A stretch of DNA of 59,756 bases from an uncultured Gammaproteobacteria bacterium. GTDB taxonomy: Bacteria > Patescibacteriota > Patescibacteriia > UBA9934. A program made the translations under genes and the position numbers. The notes below the pieces were generated by a model. The model ran no database searches and was not told the DNA's origin. It worked only from the letters and a program-made list of their open reading frames with translations. The stretch covers positions 567,060 to 626,815 of the forward strand of contig CAZKGL010000001.1 of the NCBI GenBank assembly GCA_964552565.1, written 5' to 3'. The first letter of the stretch is position 1. Each line of letters starts with the position of its first letter. This document shows, one piece after another, positions 38,768-47,950 of the stretch.

Positions 38768-39163
38768 ATGTACACGCACATCCTGGTGCTCTTCTTCGAC
38801 CCGAAGGATCCGTCCCTCCCGCAGTACGCGGTGAGGGCCGGCGTCCGTGGGCAGGTCTGCGACCGGCGCTACTCGGAGTTCACGGTCATCTGCACGGCGA
38901 AGACCCGTCAGGAGATCCTCCGCGCGGTCGCGAAGGCCGACGATGCCCTCGCGCTCCAGATGGAGGAGGACTCCGCGCTCCCGCCGATCTCCGCCTGGCG
39001 CGCGGTCGACGAAGCGATCCGGGGGGTCGACGGCATCACGATGATCACCCGCAACGTCGACATCGACGTGCGCCACTCGGCCTGGAAGAAGACGCGCGTC
39101 GGCCGCCAGTTCCGCGGCACGCACGAGACCGACCGCTACGCCTGGATCACCCGCGCCGCCTGA
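38768..39163 (+). CDS. Orphan protein (131 aa)
   Basis: GAGG RBS, high GC3. Confidence 0.75.
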   Translation: MYTHILVLFFDPKDPSLPQYAVRAGVRGQVCDRRYSEFTVICTAKTRQEILRAVAKADDALALQMEEDSALPPISAWRAVDEAIRGVDGITMITRNVDIDVRHSAWKKTRVGRQFRGTHETDRYAWITRAA

Positions 39164-39193
39164 CGGCGCACAACCCTGTACCTGGAGCATCCC

Positions 39194-39388
39194 ATGAACG
39201 CACGCACGGTCAGCATCGACTACCTCATCGGCCGCCGCATCGCCGCCCTGCCCGATCTGACGCACCTCGACCCCGAGGACGTCGGCGACACGCAGCGGGC
39301 TCGGATCGAGGAGATCGTCGAGGACGTGCAGTCCGAGCACGAGATCACGGTCGACGAGGACGACGAGTCCGCGTTCGACTGCTGGTAG
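39194..39388 (+). CDS. Orphan acidic protein (64 aa)
   Basis: GGAG RBS, high GC3. Confidence 0.65.
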   Translation: MNARTVSIDYLIGRRIAALPDLTHLDPEDVGDTQRARIEEIVEDVQSEHEITVDEDDESAFDCW

Positions 39389-39403
39389 CCGAACAACACC
39401 GCG

Positions 39404-39527
39404 CTCGCGGAGGTTGAGGCGCATGTCTCCCGCCTCCCTCCGCCAGCCCCCAGAGTTCTCGATTCATCCACATGTCGAAACTTAGTTTCGAAACTAAGTT
39501 TCGACATGAATCGAGGATTGCGGGGGC
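39404..39527 (+). repeat. REP-like double-hairpin element (array spacer 2) containing a perfect 38-bp palindrome
   Basis: Homologous to 38653-38737; palindrome at 39471-39508. Confidence 0.8.
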
Positions 39528-39570
39528 CATCGCAGCTGTCGCTGCGGTGTTGAAACCTACGGAGGTGCCT

Positions 39571-39792
39571 ATGTACCCCATCGTTGCCGCCGGCGTCTTC
39601 ACGCAGTTCGCGGAAGCCCGAGCGCTGCTCGCGATGCCTGAAGCAGACCAACGCGCATGGCTCGCCACCCGCATGCCCGAGCTCGAGGTGAATCTCGCAT
39701 TCGAGCTGATCATCGAGGCGACGCGCGAGCTGGTCGCGCGTGAAGACAGCCGCGCGCCGAGCAAGCCCGGGTTCGACGACTGGCCGACCTAG
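39571..39792 (+). CDS. Orphan protein (73 aa)
   Basis: GGAGG RBS, high GC3. Confidence 0.7.
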   Translation: MYPIVAAGVFTQFAEARALLAMPEADQRAWLATRMPELEVNLAFELIIEATRELVAREDSRAPSKPGFDDWPT

Positions 39793-39843
39793 GCCGCCTT
39801 CCGCGGGCACGCGCGGACGTGCCTGCTGGACACGTCAGTTCCA

Positions 39844-39900
39844 GCAGCCCCCAGAGTTTCCGAGACTAAGTCGAGACTAAGTCTCGGGGATTGCGGGGGC
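39844..39900 (+). repeat. REP-like hairpin (array spacer 3) with GACTAAGTC doublet
   Basis: GCAG-CCCCC-AG-AGTTTCCGAGACTAAGTCGAGACTAAGTCTCGGGGATT-GC-GGGGG. Confidence 0.8.
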
Positions 39901-39967
39901 GGAGGATGTTATTGAAGAAACCATCGCCCACCCCCCTACCAACCCCAGCCCTTCACTCGGAGGGAGC

Positions 39968-40372
39968 ATGCGCCTGCATGCGCTCATCGCCGTCGTCGAC
40001 GGCTGTCTGGGGCCCGAGGTGCACGCGATCTCCCTGTCGTGTCCCTCGATGGAGTTCAGCGCGCGCCTCGCGAAGGCGCACGCCGAGAGCATGACGCGGT
40101 CGCGTCGGCCGAACGAGTTCTGGCAGCCGGGCTACCCGTGCTACCTGGTCTCGGTCCCGATCGATGATGACATGCGTGAGGCCATCACCCACGCGGCCGG
40201 CACGGCCGGTGCGTGGACCGCGTGGTGGATCGCGACGAACCTCGTGCCGCTCCTCGAGTGCCGCGAGGCCGCCGTGGCCGCCACCGTGTGCGCCACCTGC
40301 CCCAGGATCCAGATCTGCTCCATCGAGAACCCGATTGAGAGGTTCATCGCGACCGCCCTCGCGGTCTGCTGA
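39968..40372 (+). CDS. Orphan Cys-containing protein (134 aa)
   Basis: GGAGGGAG RBS, high GC3. Confidence 0.7.
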   Translation: MRLHALIAVVDGCLGPEVHAISLSCPSMEFSARLAKAHAESMTRSRRPNEFWQPGYPCYLVSVPIDDDMREAITHAAGTAGAWTAWWIATNLVPLLECREAAVAATVCATCPRIQICSIENPIERFIATALAVC

Positions 40373-40480
40373 CACGTGCTGCAGGAGCGTCAACCGATTG
40401 ACGACGTTCCTGCATCCGTATGAACACCGGAGGAATCCTTCGATGTTCATAAGGAGAAATGCTTAAGCCAAAGCAGAGGT

Positions 40481-40546
40481 ATGAACACCCTACTTTACCT
40501 GACGACGAGTACACTGGCCGGCATCATGGTCATCGGCCTTGGCTAA
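40481..40546 (+). CDS. 21-aa hydrophobic peptide (type I toxin-like)
   Basis: MNTLLYLTTSTLAGIMVIGLG; GAGGT RBS; structured leader and strong terminator. Confidence 0.4.
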   Translation: MNTLLYLTTSTLAGIMVIGLG

Positions 40547-40584
40547 CACAACCCCGGCGTGAGCACCATGCTTGTTCGCGCCGG

Positions 40585-40626
40585 AAACTCAAGAGCCGTG
40601 CACTCTCTCGCACGGCTCTTGAGTTT
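40585..40626. terminator. Bidirectional terminator with a 17-bp perfect stem
   Basis: AAACTCAAGAGCCGTGC-ACTCTCTC-GCACGGCTCTTGAGTTT. Confidence 0.85.
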
Positions 40627-41332
40627 ATGAGAGTAACGTCCCCTTGAATTCCTTCCCTTCGACCACCTTTTCCAAATTCACGATATTCCTTCCGTCGACG
40701 ATGGCGACCTGGATGCCATGCCGCTGGCAATATTTCGACGCAACCGGGTCAAACGGCGCGGACAGTCCCGGGTCCCACGCATCACCCACCATCGTGCGGT
40801 ACTCATGCCACGTCATCTCCTTCACCGGCTTGGCGTTCCGGTCCTTCTTCGGGTCCGCGGTGAACACGTATTCAATGTTGCTCGCATTCACGATGTGCTT
40901 GATCCCAAGTACGCCCGCAATGCGGCTTGCGACGTAGTCCGTCGACCAGCCCGGTTTCCACCCTGCGGCCACGAGCACCTTCTCTTTCCAGTGCGTCGGC
41001 GTACGCATCGGGTTCTTGATGATTTGCGGGTGCGCAATACCACGGAAAATGGTGCGGAGCAAATGGCCGTTGAGACGCGTCGCGTGGATGCCGAGCCAGT
41101 CGAGGTCTTCGGGGTCGATCGGCGCCACCTCGCTCGCGGCACCGATGTAATTGCGGCTCGTCCGTCCGCCGCCGCAGATCATGACAACCTTATGGCCGTG
41201 GCGGACGAGGTCGACGATGAAATTGTGGAAGGCCTTCAGGAAGTACGCGTCGGGGCCGCCGGCCGGCGCGATGAGCGACCCGCCGAGCGAGAAGATGATC
41301 GGTTCGTGTTTCGCGAGGTGCAATTTGGGCAT
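40625..41332 (-). CDS. pyrH: UMP kinase (archaeal-like)
   Basis: SLGGS, CGGG, PGWSTD, DPKK, PFDPVA. Confidence 0.93.
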   Translation of the reverse strand: MPKLHLAKHEPIIFSLGGSLIAPAGGPDAYFLKAFHNFIVDLVRHGHKVVMICGGGRTSRNYIGAASEVAPIDPEDLDWLGIHATRLNGHLLRTIFRGIAHPQIIKNPMRTPTHWKEKVLVAAGWKPGWSTDYVASRIAGVLGIKHIVNASNIEYVFTADPKKDRNAKPVKEMTWHEYRTMVGDAWDPGLSAPFDPVASKYCQRHGIQVAIVDGRNIVNLEKVVEGKEFKGTLLS

Positions 41333-41360
41333 AATGAAAAGGGGGCGCGAGCCCCATTTT

Positions 41361-41711
41361 CTAGTCGTTACGATCGTTATGAAGCATCCAATTCGTCAGC
41401 GTACTCACGGCCCACAGGATGAGCGCGGCCATCAGTGCGGGCAGGAACCCGTCAACGGTGAAGCCTTTGACGATCGTGCCGGTGAACCAGATGATGAGCG
41501 CGTTGATGACGAACGTAAAGAGCCCGAGCGTCACGATGGTGATCGGCAACGTCAAGAGAATGAGGACGGGACGGATGATCGCGTTCAAGAGCCCGATGAC
41601 CAGCGCGGCGATGAGCGCACTGTAAAACGTGTCGACGTGGAACCCCGACACGATCTTCGTGACAAGGATGAGCGCGAGCGCGTTGATGAGCCATCGCAGG
41701 ATGAAGCGCAT
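41361..41711 (-). CDS. YvlD/holin-superfamily-IV membrane protein
   Basis: GLLNAIIRPVLILLTLPITIVTLGLFTFVINA. Confidence 0.9.
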   Translation of the reverse strand: MRFILRWLINALALILVTKIVSGFHVDTFYSALIAALVIGLLNAIIRPVLILLTLPITIVTLGLFTFVINALIIWFTGTIVKGFTVDGFLPALMAALILWAVSTLTNWMLHNDRND

Positions 41712-41712
41712 A

Positions 41713-41907
41713 CTATTCATGAAACTTTTTCTTGAGTTCGACGACCTTGTTCTCCACGTCGGCGAGCGCCCCCTTGCATGTCTTTGCAAGCGCAAGGCCA
41801 CGTTCGAACTTCTTGAGGCCTTCGTCAAGGTCGACGTCGCCCTGTTCGAACCATGCGGTGATCGCCTCAAGCTCGGCGAATGCTTCGGCAAATTTCAGCT
41901 TTTTCAT
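41713..41907 (-). CDS. xseB: Exodeoxyribonuclease VII small subunit
   Basis: LEAI..LDEGLKKFERG..L. Confidence 0.93.
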   Translation of the reverse strand: MKKLKFAEAFAELEAITAWFEQGDVDLDEGLKKFERGLALAKTCKGALADVENKVVELKKKFHE

Positions 41908-43028
41908 AGGAGGGTGTCTTTTTCGACGCGCACATTGGCCGACCCCCGCGCGAATTGTACCGACAGGCGGTCGCCGCCGGCAAGTCGACCCCCGTCCCGG
42001 ACGACCGTATCCCCCTTGCGGACAATGGCATACCCGCGTTCGAGCACGCGCTCCGGGTCGACGCTCGCAAGCAGCCGCTCGGCATACGCAAGCTTCGTCG
42101 CGATATCCGCGAAGAACCGGTCGATCACCCGCGTCGCGCGGTCCATGCGGTCGGCGTGGCGGTCGATGCGGTGGCCGAGCGCGGCAGCCATGTGGTCGAC
42201 GGCGTAGTCGATGCCCCGAAGGACGTCGCGGCGATCCGGTACGACGCGCTCCGCGGCGTTGCTCGGGGTCGACGCGCGGACGTCGGCCACGAAGTCGCAC
42301 AAGGACTCGTCCCGCTCGTGCCCCACGCCGACGACGACCGGCGCGAGCGAGCCGAACACCGCGCGCGCCACCTGCTCGTCATTAAACGCATGGAGCTCTT
42401 CAAGACTTCCGCCGCCGCGCGTCAACACGATGACGTCCGGACGTTCCGTGTCGGGCATGGCGTTGAACGTCGTGAACGCGGCGAGGATCTCCGGTACGGC
42501 GAACTGTCCTTGCACGTGGACGGGGGCGTGGAGCACGGTGACACCGCTCCAGCGATTGGAAAGGATGCGCATGAAGTCGCCGTACGCCGCCGCTTCTTTG
42601 GACGTAATGAGCCCGATCGTCTGCGGGAACTGCGGGATGGCGCGCTTGCGCGGCACGTCAAACAGCCCTTCGTCCGCCAGTTTCTTTTTGAGGAGCTCGT
42701 ACGCCTTGCCGAGCGCGCCCTCCCCGACCGGCGTCACGCTGTCCACGTTGAACGAAAGCTTCCCGAACCGCTCAAACACGCGCGGATACCCCTTCGCCTG
42801 GACGCGCATGCCGGCCGCAAGCGGCGTCGGAAGCTGGAACACGGTGCTAAAACAGGAGATCTTCGCTTCGCTCTTCTCATCTTTCAAGTCAAAATTCACC
42901 CACTTGCCTTGGCTCACTTTGTAGTCCGCGACCTCGCCTTCAAGAACCATCTCCTCGCATGGGATGGTGCGGAGCGCGTGGTTGATGAGCGCCAAAAACT
43001 CGGCGACGCTGACGACGTGGGGCTGCAT
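41904..43028 (-). CDS. xseA: Exodeoxyribonuclease VII large subunit
   Basis: RGGGSLEELHAFNDE, GVGHERD, STPSNAAE. Confidence 0.97.
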   Translation of the reverse strand: MQPHVVSVAEFLALINHALRTIPCEEMVLEGEVADYKVSQGKWVNFDLKDEKSEAKISCFSTVFQLPTPLAAGMRVQAKGYPRVFERFGKLSFNVDSVTPVGEGALGKAYELLKKKLADEGLFDVPRKRAIPQFPQTIGLITSKEAAAYGDFMRILSNRWSGVTVLHAPVHVQGQFAVPEILAAFTTFNAMPDTERPDVIVLTRGGGSLEELHAFNDEQVARAVFGSLAPVVVGVGHERDESLCDFVADVRASTPSNAAERVVPDRRDVLRGIDYAVDHMAAALGHRIDRHADRMDRATRVIDRFFADIATKLAYAERLLASVDPERVLERGYAIVRKGDTVVRDGGRLAGGDRLSVQFARGSANVRVEKDTLL

Positions 43029-43083
43029 GGCACGATGGTAGCAGAAAGGCAAGCGCCTGGGGAGCACCCCAGGCGCACAGGTC

Positions 43084-43536
43084 TCACGCGGCCTCCTCGA
43101 CCACGTCCTCGGCCTCCGGCTCCTCGAGCGCCATGCGGACCGTGCCGACCTTCTCGACGGTGAGGTCAAGCGTCGTGAAGTCCGCAGTGAACGTCCCGGT
43201 GACATCGAGCGGGACCTCGCTCGCCACGTAGACGCACGAAAGGTCGGTGCCATCGACCGTGACGCCCTCGATGGTATCCACCTCGGTCCCGCGGAGCACG
43301 ATGAGTCCCTTCACGATCTCGCCCCGGAACGTCGCCTTCGCCCACAACACCGCGTCCTCCTCGTACAGTGCGACCTCGAGCGAGCTGCCGTCTTCGGTGA
43401 TCGCGACGGCGGGCAGGAGGTCTGCCTCGTCGAGATACCCGAAGTACGTCCCCGTCACGATGTCGATCGTCTCCCCCGGCGGCGGGTCGCTACAGCCGAG
43501 GCACCAAAGCCATACCACGAAGCAAAGCCAACGCAT
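43084..43536 (-). CDS. Orphan lipoprotein
   Basis: WCLGC lipobox, high GC3. Confidence 0.75.
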   Translation of the reverse strand: MRWLCFVVWLWCLGCSDPPPGETIDIVTGTYFGYLDEADLLPAVAITEDGSSLEVALYEEDAVLWAKATFRGEIVKGLIVLRGTEVDTIEGVTVDGTDLSCVYVASEVPLDVTGTFTADFTTLDLTVEKVGTVRMALEEPEAEDVVEEAA

Positions 43537-43640
43537 GTCCCATACCTCCCCTCCTCCCGCTCGTGCGGCTCACCCCAACTATACCATTCACCACAGTTGT
43601 TCCTGGCCGTCCATACACACGCGGAGGTATACTTGCGCAT

Positions 43641-44855
43641 ATGCGTTTTTTTGCTTTCTTGTGTGCGGTGTGTGCGATCGTCGCGGTGAGTACGGTTCCG
43701 ATGGCGTCCGTGCGTGCCGCCGGCGCCGGCGACCTGGTGAAGTGCCCGGAGTTCAGCGCGGTGTATTACCTTGCCGAAGACGGAAACCGGTACGTCTTCC
43801 CGAATGAAAACGTGTTCTTCAGCTGGTATCCAGACTTCAACGAGGTCCGCACCATCTCGTGCGACGACCTCGCGTCGTTTCCGATCGGCGAGCTCATGAC
43901 GTACCAAGCCGGCACGTCGCTCGTGAAGTTCCCAAGCGTCCCGACGGTCTATGTCGTCGAACCGGACGGCGTGTTGCGCGCCATCCCGAGCGAGGAAGCG
44001 GCCGCGGCGCTGTTTGGCGACGACTGGGCCGAACGCGTGGATGATTTTTCCGAAAGCTTCTTCAGCTCCGTGACCATCGGCGAGGAGCTTGCTGAAGGCG
44101 AAGTCCCCGAAGGCACAATCCTCGCGGATGACGACGGCGACCTCTTCCGCGTCGAGGATGACGGGACCGCGACCGAGATCGACGCCGTGCTCGACACCGA
44201 CCAAGAGACCGTGCTCGAGTCGCATGCCGTGCACCTTGACGACATCGAACGCGAACTCGGCATTGCGCTCGCCCTGACCCGCGTCGATGCCGAGGCGGCG
44301 GTCGAGGTACTCGAACGGCTTCTCGCGCTCCTGAAAAAGGTCGATGTCGAGGACGACGACACGGTCGAGGTGGAGGAGGTGGACGAAATCGAGGACGGCG
44401 AGGATGACCGTGAAGACGCGGAAGACGCAATCATGGACGCGGCCGAGGAAATCCTGGAAGCCGAAGCCGAAGTCGCGCAGCGCGAGACGGACGGCGACGA
44501 TATCAGCGAGTCCACGTCGCTCCTCGCCTCGGCGCAGGACCACCTGGAGTCGGCGCGCGCGGCATTCACGGACGGCGACTTCTCATCCGCGGAAGACCAT
44601 GCAGACGAGGCCAAGCACGACGCCATGTGGGCGCGCGGCAAGGCGGTCGACCATATCGACGATGATGACGACGAAGAAGAGGAAGACGACGCGGCAGAGG
44701 ACGCCGACGAATCTGAGGATACCGAACAGGACGAGGACACGGATACGGACGAGGATGACTCCACGGATGAGGCTGACGATGCATCCGAGGACGAAGACGA
44801 CGAAGCCGATACCGATTCCGACGACGCATCCGATGATGACGAGGATGCGGCCTAA
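43641..44855 (+). CDS. Secreted protein with a very Asp/Glu-rich C-terminus
   Basis: Signal peptide; AVYYL..GNRYVFPNENVFFSWY domain resembling CPR surface proteins; acidic tail. Confidence 0.8.
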   Translation: MRFFAFLCAVCAIVAVSTVPMASVRAAGAGDLVKCPEFSAVYYLAEDGNRYVFPNENVFFSWYPDFNEVRTISCDDLASFPIGELMTYQAGTSLVKFPSVPTVYVVEPDGVLRAIPSEEAAAALFGDDWAERVDDFSESFFSSVTIGEELAEGEVPEGTILADDDGDLFRVEDDGTATEIDAVLDTDQETVLESHAVHLDDIERELGIALALTRVDAEAAVEVLERLLALLKKVDVEDDDTVEVEEVDEIEDGEDDREDAEDAIMDAAEEILEAEAEVAQRETDGDDISESTSLLASAQDHLESARAAFTDGDFSSAEDHADEAKHDAMWARGKAVDHIDDDDDEEEEDDAAEDADESEDTEQDEDTDTDEDDSTDEADDASEDEDDEADTDSDDASDDDEDAA

Positions 44856-44858
44856 CAC

Positions 44859-44887
44859 AAACTCCCACCCGAACCGGGTGGGAGTTT
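44859..44887. terminator. Bidirectional terminator
   Basis: AAACTCCCACCC-GAACC-GGGTGGGAGTTT. Confidence 0.85.
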
Positions 44888-44888
44888 G

Positions 44889-45797
44889 TTATTGCGCGGG
44901 CTGCATGACGACGATCCGTTTTGCGTCCTTGTCGATACCGTCGCCCGTCCAGTCGGCGAGCGCATCCATGATGACGTCGTGTGAATAGGTGTAGCCCTGG
45001 CCAAGGCGCGTGCCGGGATCATTCGTAATGAAATGCGTCTCGTCATACCCGCGGATGACGAGCATGTGGTACAGCGGCCCTTCGCCCGAAAAGTTCGGGT
45101 TGCCAAGTGCACGCCCGGCCGCCGGCATGATGACGGGATAGCCCGCAGCCACATAGGCCTTGATATCCTCGGCCGTCGGGTCCTCGACCACGAACGCGTC
45201 GAGGTCCTCGTAGTACGTCTCAATAAGCTCGACGGCCTGGGCCGCGCTGATGCTGAGACCGTGGCCGAGTTCCGTCTCGGCGTACTGCACCATCGCCGTA
45301 ATCGCTTCATCGGCGACCGCCGGGTCGATTTTGCCCTCGCCGCGGCCACCGAAGTACTCGGCGACCATATACATGGACGCCTCCTCGCACGCATCTTCGT
45401 GCAACGCATCCCACACGCCAAACGGCGCTTGCGAGGTAAACGGTACCGCCAGGTTGAACTCGGACGGGATCGCCGCGTCTTCCTCTTCGGGTGTTGGCGC
45501 CGGCTCCTCCGGCTCGACCACCCCCGTGCCCCCTCCATCAATGGAGGGGGTCTGCTCGTCAGTGGGGCTACCCCCATTCATGGGGGCGAGGGGGTCGGAG
45601 TCGTCCGCGCGCTCCTCAACGATGATGTTCTCCCACGTCACGGCAGGGATGTCGCTCGATGGCGCGCCGTCGTCCGCGACCCACTGCACGACGCCAAGCA
45701 CCACCGCGAGCACGAGCACTGCGGCGAACAACCAGCCGTGCCATGATTGGTACCGGCGGGGCGCGAGGGATGGGAACATGCGGGGGACGATCTTCAT
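44889..45797 (-). CDS. C39-like cysteine peptidase, membrane-anchored
   Basis: VPFTSQAP, ACEEAS, YHMLVIRGY, TNDPG. Confidence 0.88.
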   Translation of the reverse strand: MKIVPRMFPSLAPRRYQSWHGWLFAAVLVLAVVLGVVQWVADDGAPSSDIPAVTWENIIVEERADDSDPLAPMNGGSPTDEQTPSIDGGGTGVVEPEEPAPTPEEEDAAIPSEFNLAVPFTSQAPFGVWDALHEDACEEASMYMVAEYFGGRGEGKIDPAVADEAITAMVQYAETELGHGLSISAAQAVELIETYYEDLDAFVVEDPTAEDIKAYVAAGYPVIMPAAGRALGNPNFSGEGPLYHMLVIRGYDETHFITNDPGTRLGQGYTYSHDVIMDALADWTGDGIDKDAKRIVVMQPAQ

Positions 45798-47179
45798 AGC
45801 GGTTTCGTTGCCCATGTGGCGACATGCCACGTGGCGCGGACATCATCTTCGTTGTACTGCAGGATTCGTTCAAGCGCGGCGGTGTCGTCGCGGTTGAGCC
45901 AGTCCTCGTACCAGCCGATCGAGTCCATGCCGGACGCCTCACTGCTGCGCCAACGGAAGCCGAGGTACTTCGCCACGTCTTTCAAGGAATAAAATGACAA
46001 CGGGAAGATGATGCGTTCCCGCATCTTGCCGAGCACGTCGACCATGTGCGGCAGGACGATCCCGGGCACGTCCGGGGTCCCGTGCCGCTCGGCGAGCGCT
46101 TTGATGACATCGACCTCGAACCATCCGTAGTGCACGATAGGCATGCCCGGCTTTCCGGCGAGGTACGAAACGAACTCGCGCCACATCGTCCCTTCGTCTT
46201 CCGGTTTTTTGGCGAGGAATGCGCGGTACGCCGTCGCGCCGCCTTCGACCTCGAGCACGCCGATGAGGTAATGCGCGTCGCGCAAGGGGTCGCTCTCCAC
46301 GTCGATGACGAGCGCGCGCTCCATGGGCGGCAGGTCGACGGGGCCGAGCGCGATGACGCGGTCCTCCACGAGCGCCCTCGCCTGTTCCTGCAGGAACGCC
46401 AGCCGGTCGCCGGTGATGCCGTGGACGTGCGCGGCGAGGTATCCCTTGGTCGTGTGCGCAAAGTCGGTCACGGTACGGATGCCCGCGTCCGTCAGCGCCG
46501 TGACTTCGCTGCGCCAAATACGGTTGATGCGCGACAAATCGTCACATGCGCCCGTGTGCGTTTTGCAGACGTGGAACCATGGCGACTGTTTGCAGTCGCT
46601 CGTGAGGAAGTGCGGTTCCGCCTCGCCCTCCAAAATACGTTCAATCGCGTCGAGCGTCAGGTGAAACTTTGTCGTGTACTCCTCGAGCAGATAACTTTCG
46701 ACGATGCCGTCCGGGTGCATGACGTAGCCCTGCACCGGTTTGACGCCCTGCACGTGTGCGAGCAACTCCGCGTAAAAGCATCCCTGGAAACAGTACTCGT
46801 CCTTCAGTCGTTTGGATCGCTTGATGTCGCACGCCACATAGTAGTACTCGCCAAGACTCGAGGCGCCCTGCACGCGTTCGAGGATGTCCGGCCGTGCGAC
46901 CCAGTGTCCATGCATGAGGACGGGACGGTAGATGGTCTGCGTCCCCTGTTTCATGAGTTCCACCGTTTTCACGACCGCTTCGTCCAGGTCTTCCGTCACG
47001 ACTTCAACCATGGGACGCGTCGCCAAAAGCGCGAGTTCCTTCTCGCGCAAGAGGCCGTCGTCCTGCAATTTGACGCGCAGCGCGTCTTCAACCAGCTGCT
47101 CCTCCTTCGCTTCGTGCGCGATCCACGAGGGGCATTTCAGGTACTTATAGAAGCTGCGTTCGGTAATGACCTTCGGCAT
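45794..47179 (-). CDS. TM0106-family RecB-like nuclease with RNase-H-like C-terminal domain
   Basis: ARPDIL..CDIK..Q..Y; IDVESDP; YSLKDVA; YNEDDVRAT. Confidence 0.88.
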   Translation of the reverse strand: MPKVITERSFYKYLKCPSWIAHEAKEEQLVEDALRVKLQDDGLLREKELALLATRPMVEVVTEDLDEAVVKTVELMKQGTQTIYRPVLMHGHWVARPDILERVQGASSLGEYYYVACDIKRSKRLKDEYCFQGCFYAELLAHVQGVKPVQGYVMHPDGIVESYLLEEYTTKFHLTLDAIERILEGEAEPHFLTSDCKQSPWFHVCKTHTGACDDLSRINRIWRSEVTALTDAGIRTVTDFAHTTKGYLAAHVHGITGDRLAFLQEQARALVEDRVIALGPVDLPPMERALVIDVESDPLRDAHYLIGVLEVEGGATAYRAFLAKKPEDEGTMWREFVSYLAGKPGMPIVHYGWFEVDVIKALAERHGTPDVPGIVLPHMVDVLGKMRERIIFPLSFYSLKDVAKYLGFRWRSSEASGMDSIGWYEDWLNRDDTAALERILQYNEDDVRATWHVATWATKPL

Positions 47180-47233
47180 GGAAGGCAGTATATCGGCGCC
47201 CGGGCCGATGGTCTAGCAAACGCCAGTTATCCA

Positions 47234-47349
47234 CCGAGACTAAGTCTTGACGAAGCAAGCGAATTATCGAGAGAATATATGCATACTCCCCCTCGCTATT
47301 GCGGGCTCGGGAGCTTTTTGTTTCCGAGACTAAGTCATGACTAAGTCTC
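47234..47349. repeat. GACTAAGTC single site (47238-47246) and doublet (47328-47347) upstream of the RAYT
   Basis: CCGAGACTAAGTC twice; doublet period 11 bp. Confidence 0.85.
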
Positions 47350-47353
47350 AGTT

Positions 47354-47950
47354 ATGCGACAGTTCTCTTTTGTCAATGGAAACTACTACCACGTTATGAA
47401 TCGCGGTGTAGATGGCCGACCGATCTTTCTTGATAATACGGACCGAATCCGCTTTCTCCACGCGCTACATAGTTTTAACAATCAGAGGAGAATACATCCA
47501 ATAGTGGGCATCGCGGCATATTGCCTCATGGATAACCACTTCCACCTTTTGCTCAAGCAACTCTGCGAGGGAGGTATCAGCGCGTTTCTCCACAAGATCG
47601 GCATTGGGTATGTCATGTATTACAACAAGCGATATGAGCGCCGAGGCCGTCTATTTCAAAGTACATTCCACGCCGTGCCAGTTATAGCGAATGAGCATTT
47701 TCTCCATCTCACCCGCTACATCCATCTCAACCCGCTGGAAATACCCTTTCCTGGATGGGAAGTTCGCGGAGTCCCAAATATAGGAGCTGCCGAGGCGTTC
47801 CTCAAGCACTACCCATGGTCCAGCTATCAGCACTATATCGGCCAACGTACTGATCCCGTCGTCGATGCAACGGACTCGCTGGCGCTATTTCAAGATCAGG
47901 AGGATTATGAGTCATTTCTTCGCGAATGGATGGTACACGGCCGAGACTAA
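47354..47950 (+). CDS. REP-associated HUH tyrosine transposase (RAYT, Y1/IS200-like)
   Basis: YHVMNRG, AYCLMDNHFHLL (HUH), GRLFQ, YIHLNP, YPWSSY. Confidence 0.92.
   Translation: MRQFSFVNGNYYHVMNRGVDGRPIFLDNTDRIRFLHALHSFNNQRRIHPIVGIAAYCLMDNHFHLLLKQLCEGGISAFLHKIGIGYVMYYNKRYERRGRLFQSTFHAVPVIANEHFLHLTRYIHLNPLEIPFPGWEVRGVPNIGAAEAFLKHYPWSSYQHYIGQRTDPVVDATDSLALFQDQEDYESFLREWMVHGRD

Noticed and set aside
39472-39570. N-terminal extension MSKLSFETKF.. of the 39571 ORF
   Set aside because: It derives from the palindromic repeat; a GGAGG RBS supports the start at 39571
38653-39900. Canonical integron attC sites or a CRISPR array
   Set aside because: No RYYYAAC..GTTRRRY ends, no IntI next to the array, and the repeats vary in length with gene-sized spacers
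41361-41711. Prophage lysis gene
   Set aside because: YvlD-like membrane protein within the xseAB-pyrH run; no phage structural or lysin genes nearby
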